The notes under the pieces were generated by a model that made no database searches, had not been told where the DNA came from, and saw only the letters and a program-made list of their open reading frames with translations. Positions 13,201 to 31,200 of a DNA stretch of 64,000 nucleotides are shown one piece after another. Origin of the DNA: Paragordius varius (Eukaryota > Animalia > Nematomorpha); assembly GCA_964247055.1 (NCBI GenBank), contig OZ176054.1, positions 3,720,001-3,784,000 of the forward strand, given 5' to 3'. Both the position numbers and the translations under genes were made by a program. Positions within the stretch are counted from its first letter, which is position 1. Each line of letters starts with the position of its first letter.

Positions 13201-14366
13201 ATTACGGATATGTATCCTTGTGTTGCAGAAACGCCTTGGCATCACCATCATGAATGGTAAAATAAGGTCTCCATTCCGAACCATATTGCAATGGTTCAAT
13301 TAAGCTAATATAAATTTTTTTTTTAAATATCCAGGTTGTTGCACATAAAAACACAAATGAGAAAATAGTTTTAAATACTTAAGGTTTTTGATAGTCGAGT
13401 AAATTTAAAACATCCTTTTTTCGATTAGGTAAAAAGTGTGTATTTAAAACACTTGACACATTTAATTAAATCATTAAATTATTTTCTTGATGTATTTATT
13501 CATATTTATATTGAGCCTTTAAAAACTTTTATAAAAATATATGATTTAAAGGTTAGTATTATAGTGTACAATATAAAACTCAAGTTAAAACATTAATCAT
13601 AGCAAAAAACGTAATTATATATGGATAGAATCAAATCTTATTACCTTACTAATATGTCGACAACGTTGGATGATATTGTTGGAATATTACTCATAACTAA
13701 TATTGGCTAAAATAATATAAAATATTTGGTATCAACTTGACAAGTTATCACCAATTCCCACAACAGATATATTTGTGATATGACAGGCGCCAGATATCTA
13801 CAAAAACATTCATTCGTGAATATATATATGCTAATATAGAAACAAATATTTTATCAACTTTATATGCAATAATAACACTATAAAATAACTTTTCTTTAGT
13901 TTATATATCATTCAAAAAATTACTTATAAATATCAATGTAATAAAGATTGGGCAGGAATATGTGATGGTTGTTCAATGAATCTGATTTTATGTTGCAGGT
14001 AATAGAATTCTCATAATATAATTTAGCGATTTCGGCATTGTGCGAATTGGAAAAGGGTATGTTTGCTGATCGTTTTACTCTATGGAAATATTTGATATTT
14101 CCTCCACCATTCGTATTTGTATTTGATGGGTTTATCTCATCCGGATTAGCACAAGTTTGATTTAAAGTAGTATGGTGGTTTTGAGCAATAGAATCATTAG
14201 GATTTAAACAAGGCTCATTATTATTTAATTCCTTTGAAATGCTAGTTTCACCGTGTATAAGCAATTTAATATCGCAAGGTACAATCGGTGTTTCTTTCTT
14301 GCTGTAAAATTCTTCTTTTTTGTATGGTATAAAACACTAGCGTCGTAAAAATAAATTTAATTTGCG

Positions 14367-14453
<87 letters not shown>

Positions 14454-15200
14454 AAATTTAAACAGTTGAAAAACCAAAAATCTGGGTTACTATTTATCAT
14501 TAATATTGGATTATTCTACAAAAAGCGTTTGCTAATTATTATAAAAATTTTTTCGAAAATAATCACCTCAAATATTTGACCAAGAAATGGTAGACTCAAA
14601 TTTTTTCCGCACTCAGGATCCGGCCAATGATCCATTTCGTTTGACGCTATAATAAACAAAAAAAATTATAAGGAAAAAAACCGATTAAAAATATTAGTAG
14701 GATTAAAATTGGAGCCAAAATCTGTTTTCAGAAGCGTTTTAGAACAGGACCGCAGTTTAATTTTTTTTTTATCATTTATCTTATTTTTAAACAATTTATT
14801 CTTATTTATTATTACGGTTTTTTTATTTTATTTACTGCGTTAAATATAAATTTTAATCAGATAAAAGTAGCATATAATAATAAATTTTGTGGCTCATATG
14901 AATAGGGTTTTTTGCGTTTATTTATTGACACTCTACTACTGTAAAAATTTAGATTTGTCTGCAAATAAAAAAATGATGAAAAAGATTGCAACAATAATTT
15001 TTTTCAAAATCCTTGAAAAAAAAAAGTCTTTTTTTTAAAAAAAGAATTAAATAAAACATTACAAACCAGATTCAAGTGCCGGTACTCCATTAGTGAAATA
15101 GAATGGGCCAAGTAAAGCCACAATATGGTAAAATAATGGGAAAAAATTGTGTGGTGTCAACACTATAATACTCTAACATAACCATAAAAAATTAAATGTA

Positions 15201-15245
<45 letters not shown>

Positions 15246-17202
15246 GTTTTGCAACCTATAATATTAACAGGATACAACACACTCATTTTAGTCCTTGGAT
15301 TCAAATTGGGGTAGTTGGATACCAGGCCTGTTTAAAATCAAATACTTTTAAAAGTATGGAAGGAATCGAAACCATGGCAAAATTTTGCACTTAAACATTA
15401 ATAAACCTAAATATATAAAAAAATATATTCAAAATTACTTGATATTACTTATTTTAAATTAAAACCGAAAGGTAAAAATTTGGTCAACGTGCCATGTGTC
15501 AAATTGTAAAATTCAGAAATAATATAAAATAAACCGCTTTTTCTATTTCTATCAATGTTAGATGTAATTTATATAAATAGTTAGCTTTAGTTTTACCCTT
15601 AAAATTAAATGAAGACGATGTTTTTTAAAAATTTTGCAAAATAAAAATGGCGTCGAAGTAGTTTGTGATGGAACTTTTTTTTCAAAACAAAATTTTATCA
15701 AGATATTTTGGCATATTTATAGTTTTTATTAGGATAGAAGCATAAATTTAAATTGGCACCGTTTCCATCAGTAGTTTTTTAAGATATAAATTTAAATTTA
15801 GTCTGGGGTATTTAGATACCCCAATTTGAATTGAAGTGTTAAGATTAGACATTTAAAAGAAATTTGTAAAAAAATAAATACGTAAACAATATGTTTAATT
15901 AAAGTATTTTGGCAGAGAAAGAAGAAAACCACATTATTCTAAAGTAAAAAATAAGTAGGCTCATGTTGCATTTTGGAATATAAAATTCCCAAAAACCATA
16001 TTAATTTGTTAAACGTCTGTAAGCAAAAAAATTAAATAAACTCCAAAATTATATGATAAAAGCCGTTTAAAAAGCTAATATTAAACATTAATGCAATAAG
16101 TAGGCTTTATAAGTCTTAAATAAATGTTAAATTATTTATTTCGTACTTAAAGCGTTAAATAATGCACCACATCGGAATGGTGTATACGATTCAAAGCAGC
16201 TGACACATCTACCTCAAAATTTTTACAAAAGTCTCCAATCAATAAAAAATATTTAACTTTGCGTATAAAAAAGGTAATATTCAGCGTTATCGAATTATGC
16301 GGGAAAAATTCGTTTTTGTAATTGTAAAGTTTAGAATTTTAAGATGTAAAATTGTCTGATAATAAATTTTAATATCGAGTTCTTAAAATAAAATCACTAA
16401 AAATTTTATAGCGCCCGCATTTTTTATAATTACCGACACAAGGGTATGGTAACAAATCTTCGCAACTTGCTAACAAAATTAAGTTTCACACAAATTAAAT
16501 ATTAATTTAAAATCGAGTTTTAAGCAAAATATCCTTAAAGTTTGCCAAAAATTAAAACTATTCCCAATGAGAATAAGATAAAGGCAACGGAATGAATGGC
16601 AACCAAACATAAATTTTTTATAATAAAAAATGGACGAATAAATCAAGCGATGTATTTATATTAGTAATAAAATATGGTATCATATACCTTTTGGAAATAA
16701 CCGCGTAAAGCTTGAGCGTCTTTTTGTTGACGGAAAAGAACAAAACCATATAGGTAACCGTTATAATCCTGCAAAAATATTTTTAATAATAATTCCCAAA
16801 TATGCGAAGAAAAACTGAGTTAAAAATAAATTTTTGGTAAGATTAATTTTATTGAAAAATATTGTATACTCTTATGACATCGTCACTACCATGGTTCTCC
16901 GAATCCAGTAAAATGCGAAAATGATATGAAATATCACCATTAATGCCTACAATAAAAAATTATAAACTTGAGTTAGAATCAGGAAGTGCTAAGAAAGAAA
17001 TATGATTTTTCTATAATATAAATTATTGTAAAACTTGTGATTCGGTAAAAATAACGAATTTAGGAAATATATGCTATTTTGTATTAAAGTATACCTCTAT
17101 AGTTTGTCCGAGTTCTATATCAAATTTCACAGTAATTATGGCATAAATCCATTTTTTAAATTTATCCCAGGCTATTTCTCTTACTACAGGTAAACCATCC
17201 AT
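10286..17202 (-). CDS. DENND6: DENN domain protein 6 (FAM116; Rab GEF family), 19 exons: 17202-17095, 17073-17035, 17010-16968, 16946-16870, 16768-16688, 15172-15067, 14646-14567, 14336-13924, 13797-13737, 13706-13645, 13304-13206, 12600-12521, 12454-12380, 12192-12125, 11764-11687, 11372-11319, 11250-11141, 10752-10497, 10420-10286
   Basis: Spliced translation gives WDKFKKW...[29 protein letters not shown]...[85 protein letters not shown], colinear with human DENND6A as remembered. All introns are GT-AG with consistent phases. The exon 4/5 boundary is the least certain. Confidence 0.93.
14369..14450. repeat. (AT)n microsatellite
   Basis: About 80 bp perfect AT run in a DENND6 intron; shorter AT runs at 15202-15242 and about 28178-28205. 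Confidence 0.98.
15268..15838 (+). mobile_element. TTAA-target MITE in DENND6 intron 5
   Basis: TTAA at 15264-15267 and 15839-15842; left end has lost CTT (CA-GGATAC); highly similar to the 54394 copy. Confidence 0.88.
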
Positions 17203-17290
17203 ATATCATGTTTTTAGGTCGTTTTACGCCCAAAATTTATTAAATCATACTTTCGTATTTTTTGCAGTTCGTTTCCATAACGTTAGATTG
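17203..17290. promoter_or_regulatory. Putative bidirectional promoter/5'UTR region shared by DENND6 and FAM76
   Basis: Only 88 bp separate the DENND6 ATG (17202, -) from the FAM76 ATG (17291, +). Confidence 0.7.
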
Positions 17291-21407
<4,117 letters not shown>

Positions 21408-21846
21408 TTGATAATCAACAATGTTTTGTACCAATTTTTTTGCTTCTTTTTTCCCTTTTTAAAAAATTAGTTTAGCGACCTATTGGTGGTATACTTTACT
21501 TATTAGTACTTTGATTGAATACTACATAACTTGGCCTATAATTACTAGCTTATTTATCATTAAATTTGATATATGTAGTTCTACCTCTCCCTAAAATATC
21601 GTTGACAAACAATTTAAACCCAAATTTTTTCACAATTTGATTAATTTTTGACTTCTTACCATATATCATCGTATATGCACTACTATAATTATTTATATCA
21701 TCATATTATTTTCAAATAAATCATATAAATTACATTTTTTATTTATATATCTGTAAAGTAAACAAACATTTATGATACGTATGTATGTATGCTATCCTTG
21801 AGATTATTGTGAGAAAATGATTTTGATTCTATATATATATTGTCTT

Positions 21847-24800
21847 CTATTGGTTCGATTCTTCCATGATTGTTGTTGTAAAGTTCCAATAATCTGCTTG
21901 TGTGACTTCAGGCGTGGGAGGTGGAGCTATTCGTATAAAAAATATTATAGTAATGATGTTATAATTAAATATTACCATTCGTTTTTTATTCTTTAAATAA
22001 TAATCTAAAATGCATCATCGTATTACACAAAGTCTTTACGGTAATGTCTAATAAGAATTTTAATAATAATTGAAATTTGGATACTTAAATGAAATATTCT
22101 AGCACCTACAGATTTTTAACACCAAGACTTTGTATATATATATCCTTAATGTATCTGCCTAATTAGTTAAAACGGCCATTTCGAATTTTAAGAAAAAAAT
22201 AATTTACCTGTTTCTCAATTAACCATTCTACCTAATTATTGAACCCGTTAAATTTATCAGAAAGAAGCAAGGTATGTCTATTATACATTAAACCAAAATC
22301 TATAATAATATTTTATGCTACATCAGGTCGTAAAACTTGGCAATTTCACAATAGGTCCATATAAATAGTCTGTTAAACCGACTCAAATTTGTCTATTCAC
22401 ATCCTATATTTTTTAAATTATAAGGTTTTATTTTTTGGGGCCACAAAAATGGTGGATTTTATCGTTTCACATTTAAAGCCATTTTACCCGGCTCATTCAC
22501 CAAAATGCCTGGTTGATACTCATTCACATGGTGCCCAGTGGCGAAACTAGGGGAAGCAGTGCGGGCGGGCCCAAGACAAAACAGGGGCCCTTTTTTAATA
22601 TTTACATTAATTTGGGCCTTCCTTCTTTTTTGCGGGGGGGGGGGGGGGCAAAATTTATTACCTTTTTATATTTACAGATATGTAAATAATGATTGCCTGA
22701 TTGTTATAATGGCAAAGAATAAGGAGAATCATTATTTAAAAGGAAGAAAAAGCGAAAAAAATGCATTTTTTTCACTATCTCAAAAACGGTTTTATTATAA
22801 GTTGATAATTAATAAACAATTTTCCATTCTCTCCAGTTAACACCTTAAAAAAGTGAAAAGAGTTAAAAAATAAATAAATGAATATGGATAGTTCACACCA
22901 AAAATTATGTGAATGTTATACATTCAAGTCCTAAATTATTTTGTTATTAAAAATTATAGTATTATGAGAATTCACAAAATTTTGACAGATGTAGTTTTTT
23001 TGCCTCTGTTAAATTTAAATAATTACAAATAAAATATCATTTGCAATAATATATTAATATAGCGTAAAAATATATTTTGTTTTTTTAAGGTAATGTGAAA
23101 AACAATTTACATATTTTAATTTTTATGAGGAAATGGGTTCATGTAAATTTTAATCTTATTGAGTTAAAAGGAAAGAGGAAATGGGTTCTTGTTCTTAATA
23201 TTATTGAGTTAAAGGGAAAGAGCAAAAAATGCATTTTTTTTACCTTTTAATATTGTTTGTTCCTTTATTAATTTCTGGCAGGTTTAATAGTGAACAAAAA
23301 AGGAGGGAAAAAAGAAAAACATTCATTATAGCAGTATTCTCTAATAATTAATCTCAATTTATTTATTTTGATTTTACAATATGATATTTAGGCAGGCCAA
23401 CTCACTTTAATATTGGCCAATTCTATTACAGCAAAGTATGAGAAATAACAATAATTTTGTAAAAAATGTTTTTCTATGACATTGTGAATGAAATTCATTA
23501 AATTTTACAGAATGATTGTTATTTGACATACTTTACTGTAAAGTGAATTGGCCAACATTTGTTAGCTATACAAATTAATGTGCATTCTTTTTCTAAAGTT
23601 TTTTGATGGATGATTTTATTTTTGGTTCTAAAATATACGATAAACATTCATCACACACTAAAACAGGGGTCGGCAAATTTTTTTCAGCGGGCCATTCTCA
23701 AAATTTAAATATCTTGGCAGAACGTTCATCCTTAAAGTTAAAAATAATTAAAAATTATTTTAGAAGCACGATGGCTGGAAAAAGGTTGAGCAATTTATCG
23801 TTACTAGTAATTGAAGCGGAGATGGTGGATCAAATGGATAAAATAGATATGATTACAAATTAGCTCACGCAAAATTGAGAAAACGAAATTTTATAACATG
23901 ATTTTCTGATCACATGCTTTTTAATTATTTAAAACTTTAAAAATTAACGTTAAAATTAAGGAATTGGCGATGGTTAGGGTGGGGGGTGGGGACTAACCAT
24001 CATATATAATAATACCAGGAACGCAAAACTTTTAGCCTCAGGATGCCAAGTCATGTAAATATTATCCTTTTTAAAAGTAATAATTCTTTACAAATCGTGA
24101 TGCGCCAGGTGAAAAGATATCTGCAAACGATTTTTTTTTGGGGGGGGGGGGGGGGAAAGAGGGTTAGTATTTAAATCTTGCGGGGTGGGTCCACAATTTA
24201 TAGTTTCGCCACTGATAGTGCCCTTAAGTATAGGAATAAATAATTTTAATGCAAAACTGTGTATTAGCATATTAAGAATTTTTAACTAGAGCGAAATCCC
24301 AAAACGATTTTTATGCTAATTGAAAAATATGTCTGGTTAGGCTTTTTAAAGTATGTTACACCAGAAGTCATATATAGACATCGTAAATACCCTCATTAAT
24401 TAATCATACCATATCCTCCACACCATAGTACGCCGACTTAAATTTCAGTTAAATGTTTCTTAGTAAAAAAATCAATTTTCTAAGGAAAAAAAATTCGTAA
24501 ATCAAATTGAAAAAAAAACTTTTGTATAATTTGATCGACATAATTATGTAAAACATGGATATTTATACCATAAGATGACATCTTATGCAAACATTTCATA
24601 AAAACAATTGTAATTTAAAATACTGCTTTTTTATTTTTAATTGATCTATGGCTTTATTACCTAATACAATATGCGTTAATTTTTCTGCACTTCCGAACGG
24701 AGATTGGTATATTTGAAGATTAACTGAGTCAAAAAATGGAACGATTGCATTGCATACTTATTTTTTTTCACTAATCATCATATTATAGAACCCTGCTTGG

Positions 24801-27800
24801 TCTAATGTTTATTAGGCTTCTGAGACAGAAATTTTTTTACACTAAATACAAATAAAGGCTTAATTGTGGATAAAAAATTATTTACTTGGCAGTTCACAAT
24901 TGATTTGATATCCAAGCAGATCCTTGAATATTCTATAACAGCCGCCACAGTTATAGATGTGACATTCAAAGTATTCATGATCTGGGCATGATACATCTTT
25001 ACAGATTGAAACATCACATTCATGCGGTATCAATCCAACTGGACAGAAATGTCTCCTACGAGGTTGCGTGATTTGACGTATTTTTCCTGACCCTTGTACT
25101 GTAACGAGAGTAGATATATTACATGTATACGTATATAAATCAACTAAGGTCAAACCTCTTTTGTGCGATGATGATATTTATTTTTACCTTTTGTTATATT
25201 TAGTGACTGTTTTGAGAAAGATCACTTTATTTGCTAAATAAAATGATTTTTAACCATTTTTTCGGTTAATAGTTATTTAATTGCTCATGAAACAAAAGGA
25301 TTTATATATATTATAAGATAATGAATGATTCTAAGCTTAGTTTAAATGAAATATTTAGGAACCAATTATATTATATCTTAATCTAATTTAATTAAATTGT
25401 TCAAAAACCCGTTTATACCATTTATATAAGTTGATGCAAATATTTTTATGAATTTATGTGCTATAAATTAGAAATTATAATTTTTTTAATTTAAATAATT
25501 ATTTGAAAATTTTTTTTTGGCGATCCCGTTTTTATTACAGATTAAGGTTAATGTATAAGTAAAAAGTAGCATACTAGGTCCCAAAAATTCTTCATATGGA
25601 TTCAAGTTGTCCGTTTTTGAAGGCGCGGGTGAGAATGAAAGGTAAACATTGCCTTTTTTATCATGATGTGCGGCTGTTAAATTTATGTTTTTTTTAGTTT
25701 TTTGAAAAGAATCCACATCATCTTTAGTTTTATCCGAGGTCTATACGTAAAAATAAATATATCTTGTAATAGTTTGCCTTATGACTCTAATAGAATCTAT
25801 TCGGAGTCATCAATTCAGTTATATACATATATTTTTTATTTCAGCACATTCCAATCGATTTTGGTTTTTTTATATTTTACTGTATGAGAATGTGACCAGA
25901 TATTCTGAAGCGCAGTACAAAATTAAAACATACTTTGCCTATTTTTACGCCAGATTTTTGCTGCGGTTTAATAGATAATATAGTTCTTTACTTAGCTTAT
26001 TAAAAACAATTAAAAATATCCAACAAATGCATAAAAATAACCGAAACAAATGAAACAAACATTGAACTTTTAAATTTTGATCAAATTTTTACTAAAATAT
26101 CAAAAATGATTTTGTGTTTATTTTATATTTTGAGGCAGCTTTTGCGGAAGCCCTGAGTTAAAGGGCTGTTAGCCTAAATCTTACGGTCGAAAGATTTATA
26201 GTTCCGCCACTGCGCAATTGCCTTCGTAAGCTGGTCCGAAACCCGATTCCATGCATAACTCAATCAGAAAATAATTAACCAATAAATAGTCTGATCTTAG
26301 TATTTATCGAAAAATGAACAAAATTATTTTTTAACAGAGGGTATTTCATATTCTCCACTAGATAATATATTTTCAAAAATAAAAGCAGCACAAAAGGGGC
26401 AGTACAGGCGCAGATTTTTTTCGAAAACCCAGTACTGTGCTGCGAAAAACAGCCTATCTGGTCACATTACAGTATGAGTAAGTATATATTGCTATAAAAA
26501 TATTAATTATTGCCGAATAGCATATGCAGCAAAGTGGATTATTATTGGCTAATAATAGTAAAATGTGAAAAAAATAACTATAAGGCAATAAAACTTCCCT
26601 TGTTGTATATTCTATTTGGCAATAATTAATAACAGTATACTTATTAGGGTTGTGCATTTGATTGCTTTTTAAAAAAAGTCCTGTCCCAGTCAGACCATGG
26701 TCATGACCACTATCTACTTAAATAAATATCATGCGATATTGGATTGTGAAAATAATGTTCGAAGGAAAGTTTGTATTATACATATTTTTGATATTTATTG
26801 TTATTTACAAATATTTTCAATCGAATTTAATCAAGCATGTTTTCAGGTGAATTTCTCTACATATTTGTGGCCTTCTGAATTTTATATACATAGGTTTTAA
26901 TACTGGATATTTCAAATAAAATTTTACCTAGTTTGTTTTACACTTTCTTTCATCATTATAATATTCAATTATAGGATGATTTTATTGGTTTAAATATATG
27001 GAATAATTGCATATTTTGCAAAGTGCTTGATTATTTTGTGTTTCAAAATAATTGGATATGCTTAAATGCTAATGTTATAAGGATGCATGGTTAAAAATTT
27101 TTAATATATTGCTATATAAGCATATTTAAATATTTAATTTTTATTTTTTAAAAAATATATTTAAAACAATAAAATCTTACAATCTCTCTTGCTGTTTTTT
27201 AAATGACCATGGTCAAAAAATAAATAGTCACTGACCTGGTCAATTGACCGGGTCATGACTAGATCAGCACAACCCTAATATTTACTCATAGTGTAATTTT
27301 AAATTCCGCGTTCATGAATAATTGTTATAAAATTTACACAACCCATACCCAAGAAATCTATTAAACCTTATTGGTTTTTTCTTCCGAATTCGTTCCAATA
27401 TATTCAAAATTTTATGGTTTTATATAGTGGAAATCGAATACTTCTAAATTTGTTTTGTTAATTTATTATCATTTTAAACGTTTATTGGTAGTTTAGTTTT
27501 AAAAGCCTCAAAAACTTGAATCGTAAAAATAAAAATACTCCAGTGTCCTCAAATTAACAAAATATTCCTGAGTTCCATATAAAAAACACTTTTTTAGAAA
27601 TAAATTATATTGAAAACGCTAAAATTAAGATATCCTGTATTATATAAAACACAGAGTGTGTCAAACCAATAACTTTAATTTGGCTTGCTTAAACTATTAT
27701 GATCTTTATAATCTAAGACAGCATAAACATCAAACCTTCAATTGCTGTGTAGTGGTTTGAAGGAGTGGTAAAAATTTGACATTTTTTTGACGATCTTGGA

Positions 27801-28171
27801 ATCTGTTTTGTTGGTCATTTAGATCGATAACTTCGTTTGTTTCTTCCATTATGGCTGCATTATCTATTTGGCTGTCTGAGATTTCCTCGGTTGGCTGTTC
27901 TGTAGAATATGGTTTTATGGATGTATCCTCAGTTATATCAGTTTCTGATAAGTTTATTAATAATTTTCCGGAGTCATCGTCCAATCCAGTTGTAGCATTG
28001 TAATTGTTTGGAAATGGTATTAAGAAAGGGGAAAATCCGGGCGGCACAGTGCCATTTAGTACATTAATGGATTGACTACTTACAACTTGTTGCCTAAAAT
28101 CTAAAAATAAAAATGTTGACATTGATTAAAACTATATCTTACAATTCTAAATCATAACCTAATAAGGTTTT

Positions 28172-28211
<40 letters not shown>

Positions 28212-31200
28212 AAATCTATTTTATATAAAGGTATCAAATTTTAAATTAAAGGGAAATTTGTAAACAATATTAAATAGTTTGCCTATTGGTCAAAAACATA
28301 TATTCTTAGATAATAAATTGAAAAATATTTTATATAATTTTTAATATTTTAATTGGCTTTCTAGTGGCATCATTAGTATTTAAAGTTAATCGGTCAGACA
28401 TTGGCAGTTACATGATTCTAAAAATCTACCGTCATGTTTAAAAAAATAATTAATTTGGGATATATAAAGAAGCATGACACTTACTGCTCATATCCAAATA
28501 TTTAATCTATGCCTCTGTTTATAATCAATAATAGCTAACGATTTCGATACCGTTTTATCTTGTAAACATTTTTGTACCTGGAAAATTAAAAGGAGATGAG
28601 CCCGGTACGGGAGGATTCATAATAAGACCCAATTGATGTGGACTCATGGGTGGAAGGTGGGGATGTGGACCATTAGAATTAGAGCTGGTATCACCATTGT
28701 TATTCCTAAGATAAATAGTTCTCGAGCGTCCGATAGGTGGGAGGGAATTCATCCGCCCTCCTCCTCCTGCATTAAATCGATTGGGAACTCTCATAATACC
28801 AAGGGGTGGTAGGCGAGGATACGGTTCAAAATTAAAAGGGACACCACCCTGATTAAACCCTGGTGGTGGTGGTGGATTAAAGTATGGACCTCCGATAGGT
28901 TGAGGAAACGGTTGGAGGGAATCAGCATTGCTTGGAGGCGGATAAATTGGTTTTTGATTTTCGGGTATTAAATCTTCCATTTCTGCCGGCATTTGTGTAG
29001 GTGGTGGTACAAATGGCTGTTGATTTTCGCCGCCTACAGGTCCTTGATAGGACGGTAAAAAGGGTGGCGGAATCGTAATACGTCCACCCCTGTTTGGGTA
29101 GTAATAACCTTAAAAAGAAAGAAAAAATCTTATAATTTTTATACATCACATGTTTTCATTTGTAAGAAACACAATTCAACACTTTATGTCCCTTTTCATT
29201 TTTTTGTCCGTAATAACATGTTGGGGTAGTTTTATATCCCAAAGCTTAATCTTAAAAATAAATTACTGTTTTAAAAGTTATATCAATTACCAAACATTGT
29301 TCTTTTGTATTAGATAAAAAAGTTTATATTTTTTTACTGTAACTTCCAGAGTTAAAATTAGGACAGCTCCAAAACACCATTGAATTAAGCAGCTGATTTT
29401 TAAATTAATAAATAAGCTTTTACTGAATGCAAACTTAAAGATTACTAAAAAGCATTTACATTTTCTAACCATGAAATAGATGATTTTACATGTCTATTGT
29501 ATTAGCGATTAAATAAAACTTAAAGAAAAAAATGGTGGCGAAAAAGTTTGAATGAATTTTACAATTTTTAATTTTATAAAAAAAGAATATGAAGATGAGC
29601 CTTTAAAGATAAAGAATTCATATTTTAAAATTCAGCCTAATACTTTAAATTGCTCAGGGATATAAAACAACCCCAAAAAGTCATGAAGCGTTGTTGTAAA
29701 TTTGATTAAAAACCGCAAGTTACAGTATCAATAAATATATATACCTGCTAGTTTCATTACATTATAGTATTATTATTGGCTAATAAGAGTGAAAAGCGAA
29801 AAAAAATAAGTTTAAGCCAATAATATTGCCCTTTGCCTTAGTTATCTGGCAACAATTTATTAAAAGTTAACAATGTATACTTACTCATTGTAAACAACTT
29901 TAATTATAACAAATATATCAAATGCTTTTTTCACCCAAATAAAATATGCCAATAAACGATTGTTTTCAATATTTGAATTATTTTTAATCATTCAATCCTT
30001 ATACATATATATGTATATTAAATACCCAAATTATTATAGTAATATGGATTATTGTACAGCTGTTGTTCTGGTGGAGGACCAAGATAGGGAATATCATCTG
30101 TTACGCTTGAGTCAGAGCTAGTACTATTTACTTTTGCAGGTTCAACTTTAAAATTTTTCTCACTCTTTTTACCGTCCACTTGGTTATTTTTAAAATTCAA
30201 AGTTTTGTTGAATTTTATGATGTTTTCCGCCGGTTCTATTGCTTTAATAGGAGATCTTCCAAAGGTGTCCTTTGAAACAAGTGTTGACGTTTTTACTGTA
30301 GTAGGGCTAGTAATAAGATTTATTTTGGCAGTTGATTTTACAGTTTTTTTATTAATGGCAGTTGTCGTAGGTTTGGACATGTCTGGAGTACTTTTTTTGG
30401 TTGTGGTCTTGGTATCTTGTCTGAAAAATAATAATTATATATGACAAACTAAATTTTTAAAAGCATATTTTGTCGTTATTTAAGTTTTTTTGAGTAAAAA
30501 ACACCATTTTTAGGGTTGATTTGGCCATGTTTTCAAGCTTTAGCAAAAATATATTTTTTTGAAATAGTTTCACAAATCAAAATTGAATAGAATGCTTTTT
30601 GGTTAGTCGCATTCAATTCTCGCATTTCAAATAAAAGATTGTGCCTAATTATTTACTCTTTTTTGACTGTTGTTTTTTGGCTTTTCTTGGTACTTTGAGC
30701 AGTTGTTGTGGTTGTGGTACGATCGGCAATAACTTTGGATAAATTTATTGAGCCCTTCGCTAAATAATTTTAGATAATAGATTATGGCAAATATTACCAT
30801 AATAGATATGAATAGATTTTACTGTAAATTCTACCTATTTCTTTTTTGTCTGGCAATGTCTTTTTAGTGTTCAATTTAGATGCCGTCGTTGTCTTGCTTT
30901 TAGGCGTTGATGATACCACAGATTTAGTGATCTGACTTTTTTTAAATTTGATCATTTGTTGTTCTACCCAATTTTTTCGAGTCTTACTTTCAGTGTTTCC
31001 GTCCTCCAGTTTCTTGTTCCCTTGGTTTTTGATTTCCAGAGAAAGATTACTATCTTTAATATCTATGATTTTAGCAGTTTTTTTGTCGACTGATTTAGTA
31101 GCTAAAGTACTTTTAGAAACGGTAGATGTGGGGCGGAGAACACTAGTAGTCGTAAGTGTAGGGTCATCCGCATATGGATCATATGATTTCCCCGTATCAC

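Noticed and set aside
14060-14090. HRVKRS furin-like site in the 13920-14264 ORF, suggesting a secreted prohormone
   Set aside because: The ORF is exon 8 of cytosolic DENND6; the motif is incidental.
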